Source: an uncultured Rivularia sp.
Lineage (GTDB): Bacteria; Cyanobacteriota; Cyanobacteriia; Cyanobacteriales; Nostocaceae
Reading direction: 5' to 3'
Length of the DNA stretch: 64,000 nt
Assembly: GCA_963665115.1 (NCBI GenBank)
Contig: OY762007.1
Location: 4,896,001 to 4,960,000, forward strand
Shown here piece after piece: positions 63,149 to 64,000 of the stretch (within the stretch, counting starts at the first letter, position 1; each line of letters opens with the position of its first letter). The notes beneath the pieces are model-generated. The model was not told the origin of the DNA. It searched no databases and worked only from the letters and a program-made list of their open reading frames with translations. The translations under genes were made by a program, and so were the position numbers.

Positions 63149-63368
63149 AGGGAATTGGGCATGGGGCATTGGGCATGGGGTATGGGGTATGGGGCATGGG
63201 TAATTGGTAATTGGTAATTGGTAATTGGTAATTGGATTTTTCTCCCACTCTACCCCCTCTCCCCCTCTAAAACTAACAGTATCAGAAATCGTATAACAAC
63301 CACCTATTAACCATTAACTAATAGCCGTATTATTTGATAATTGTTAATTGATAATTGTTAATTGAAAT

Positions 63369-64000
63369 ATGTTTGGAAACCATTTAATTGTCGGCGTTTT
63401 GGGTACTGAATTAACTGATGAAGATAAAAGAATTTTAAGTACAATCAAACCTATAGGAGTTTGCTTTTTTGCTAAGAATTTCCGCGATGGCGAACCTTAT
63501 GAATCGTGGTTGCAAACTTTCAAAAAACTTAGCGAAGAAATACGAGAATATACTGAACGCGAATCAATGTTTATCTCCATCGATCATGAAGGAGGAAGGG
63601 TAATTCGTCCACCTTTACCAATCACGCGATTTCCCTATAGTTATGTGTGTCGCAAACGAGCGCGGGAAGTGGCTGCGGCGATGGCAACTGAGTTAAAATC
63701 CTTGGGAATTAATGTATCTTGGGCACCAGTTGCGGATATATTTTCTAACCCCAACAATCCCATTATCGGGCCGCGCTCCTTCGATACAACACCAGAAACA
63801 GCCGCTGAATATGCTCGCGAATACTTCCTCGGATTAAAAGAATCGGGAATTATCGCTTGTGCCAAACATTTCCCCGGACACGGAGATACCAACACCGATT
63901 CACACTTAGCTTTACCGATACTAAATTTAACTAAAGAAGCAATAGAAAAGCGAGAATTAATACCTTTCAGAACCTTAATTGCCGAGAAAATTCCCTTAAT
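63369..64000 (+). CDS. nagZ: Beta-N-acetylhexosaminidase (GH3), runs off the right edge
   Basis: Not in the ORF track. Manual translation gives MFGNHLIVG...SIDHEGGRV...APVAD...IGPRSF...KHFPGHGDTNTDSH. Confidence 0.9.
   Translation, partial: MFGNHLIVGVLGTELTDEDKRILSTIKPIGVCFFAKNFRDGEPYESWLQTFKKLSEEIREYTERESMFISIDHEGGRVIRPPLPITRFPYSYVCRKRAREVAAAMATELKSLGINVSWAPVADIFSNPNNPIIGPRSFDTTPETAAEYAREYFLGLKESGIIACAKHFPGHGDTNTDSHLALPILNLTKEAIEKRELIPFRTLIAEKIPL

Noticed and set aside
2720..63895. Numerous 60-120-aa ORFs antisense to or nested in confident genes (e.g. 4311..4601, 24253..24594, 63641..63895)
   Set aside because: Shadow frames of real genes.
1..64000. tRNA, rRNA, transposase, integrase or prophage genes
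   Set aside because: None recognisable by eye. A tRNAscan/Rfam run would be needed to exclude small structured RNAs.

Overview
AT-rich chromosomal segment from a filamentous cyanobacterium, probably Nostocales (Rivularia/Calothrix-like). This assignment rests on about 18 HIP1 octamers (GCGATCGC), abundant 7-8-nt STRR tandem repeats and cyanobacterial core genes (leuB, pilD, accD, sdhB, calA, frr, pyrH, rpe, uvrB, sir, nagZ). I found no rRNA, tRNA, CRISPR array or transposase. Nine genes are split by a single extra base in a short homopolymer, most likely assembly error, so I report them joined. Main observations: (1) an HTH-STAND(NB-ARC)-TPR gene, two stand-alone DUF4347 domains that have both lost the putative catalytic His, and a GRDP-like gene lie between a secreted subtilase and a lipoprotein serpin. 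(2) A retropepsin, an inactive transglutaminase-7TM protein and an ATP-grasp ligase form an operon. (3) The sulfite reductase ends in a ribbon-helix-helix-like tail and has a dyad upstream. (4) A 24-26-nt hairpin element sits at the same position of GTAG-type palindromes in three places. (5) A small patch of decaying defence genes contains a DUF1524 remnant and a Panacea antitoxin with a truncated partner. All family assignments come from motif recognition by eye; no searches were run.
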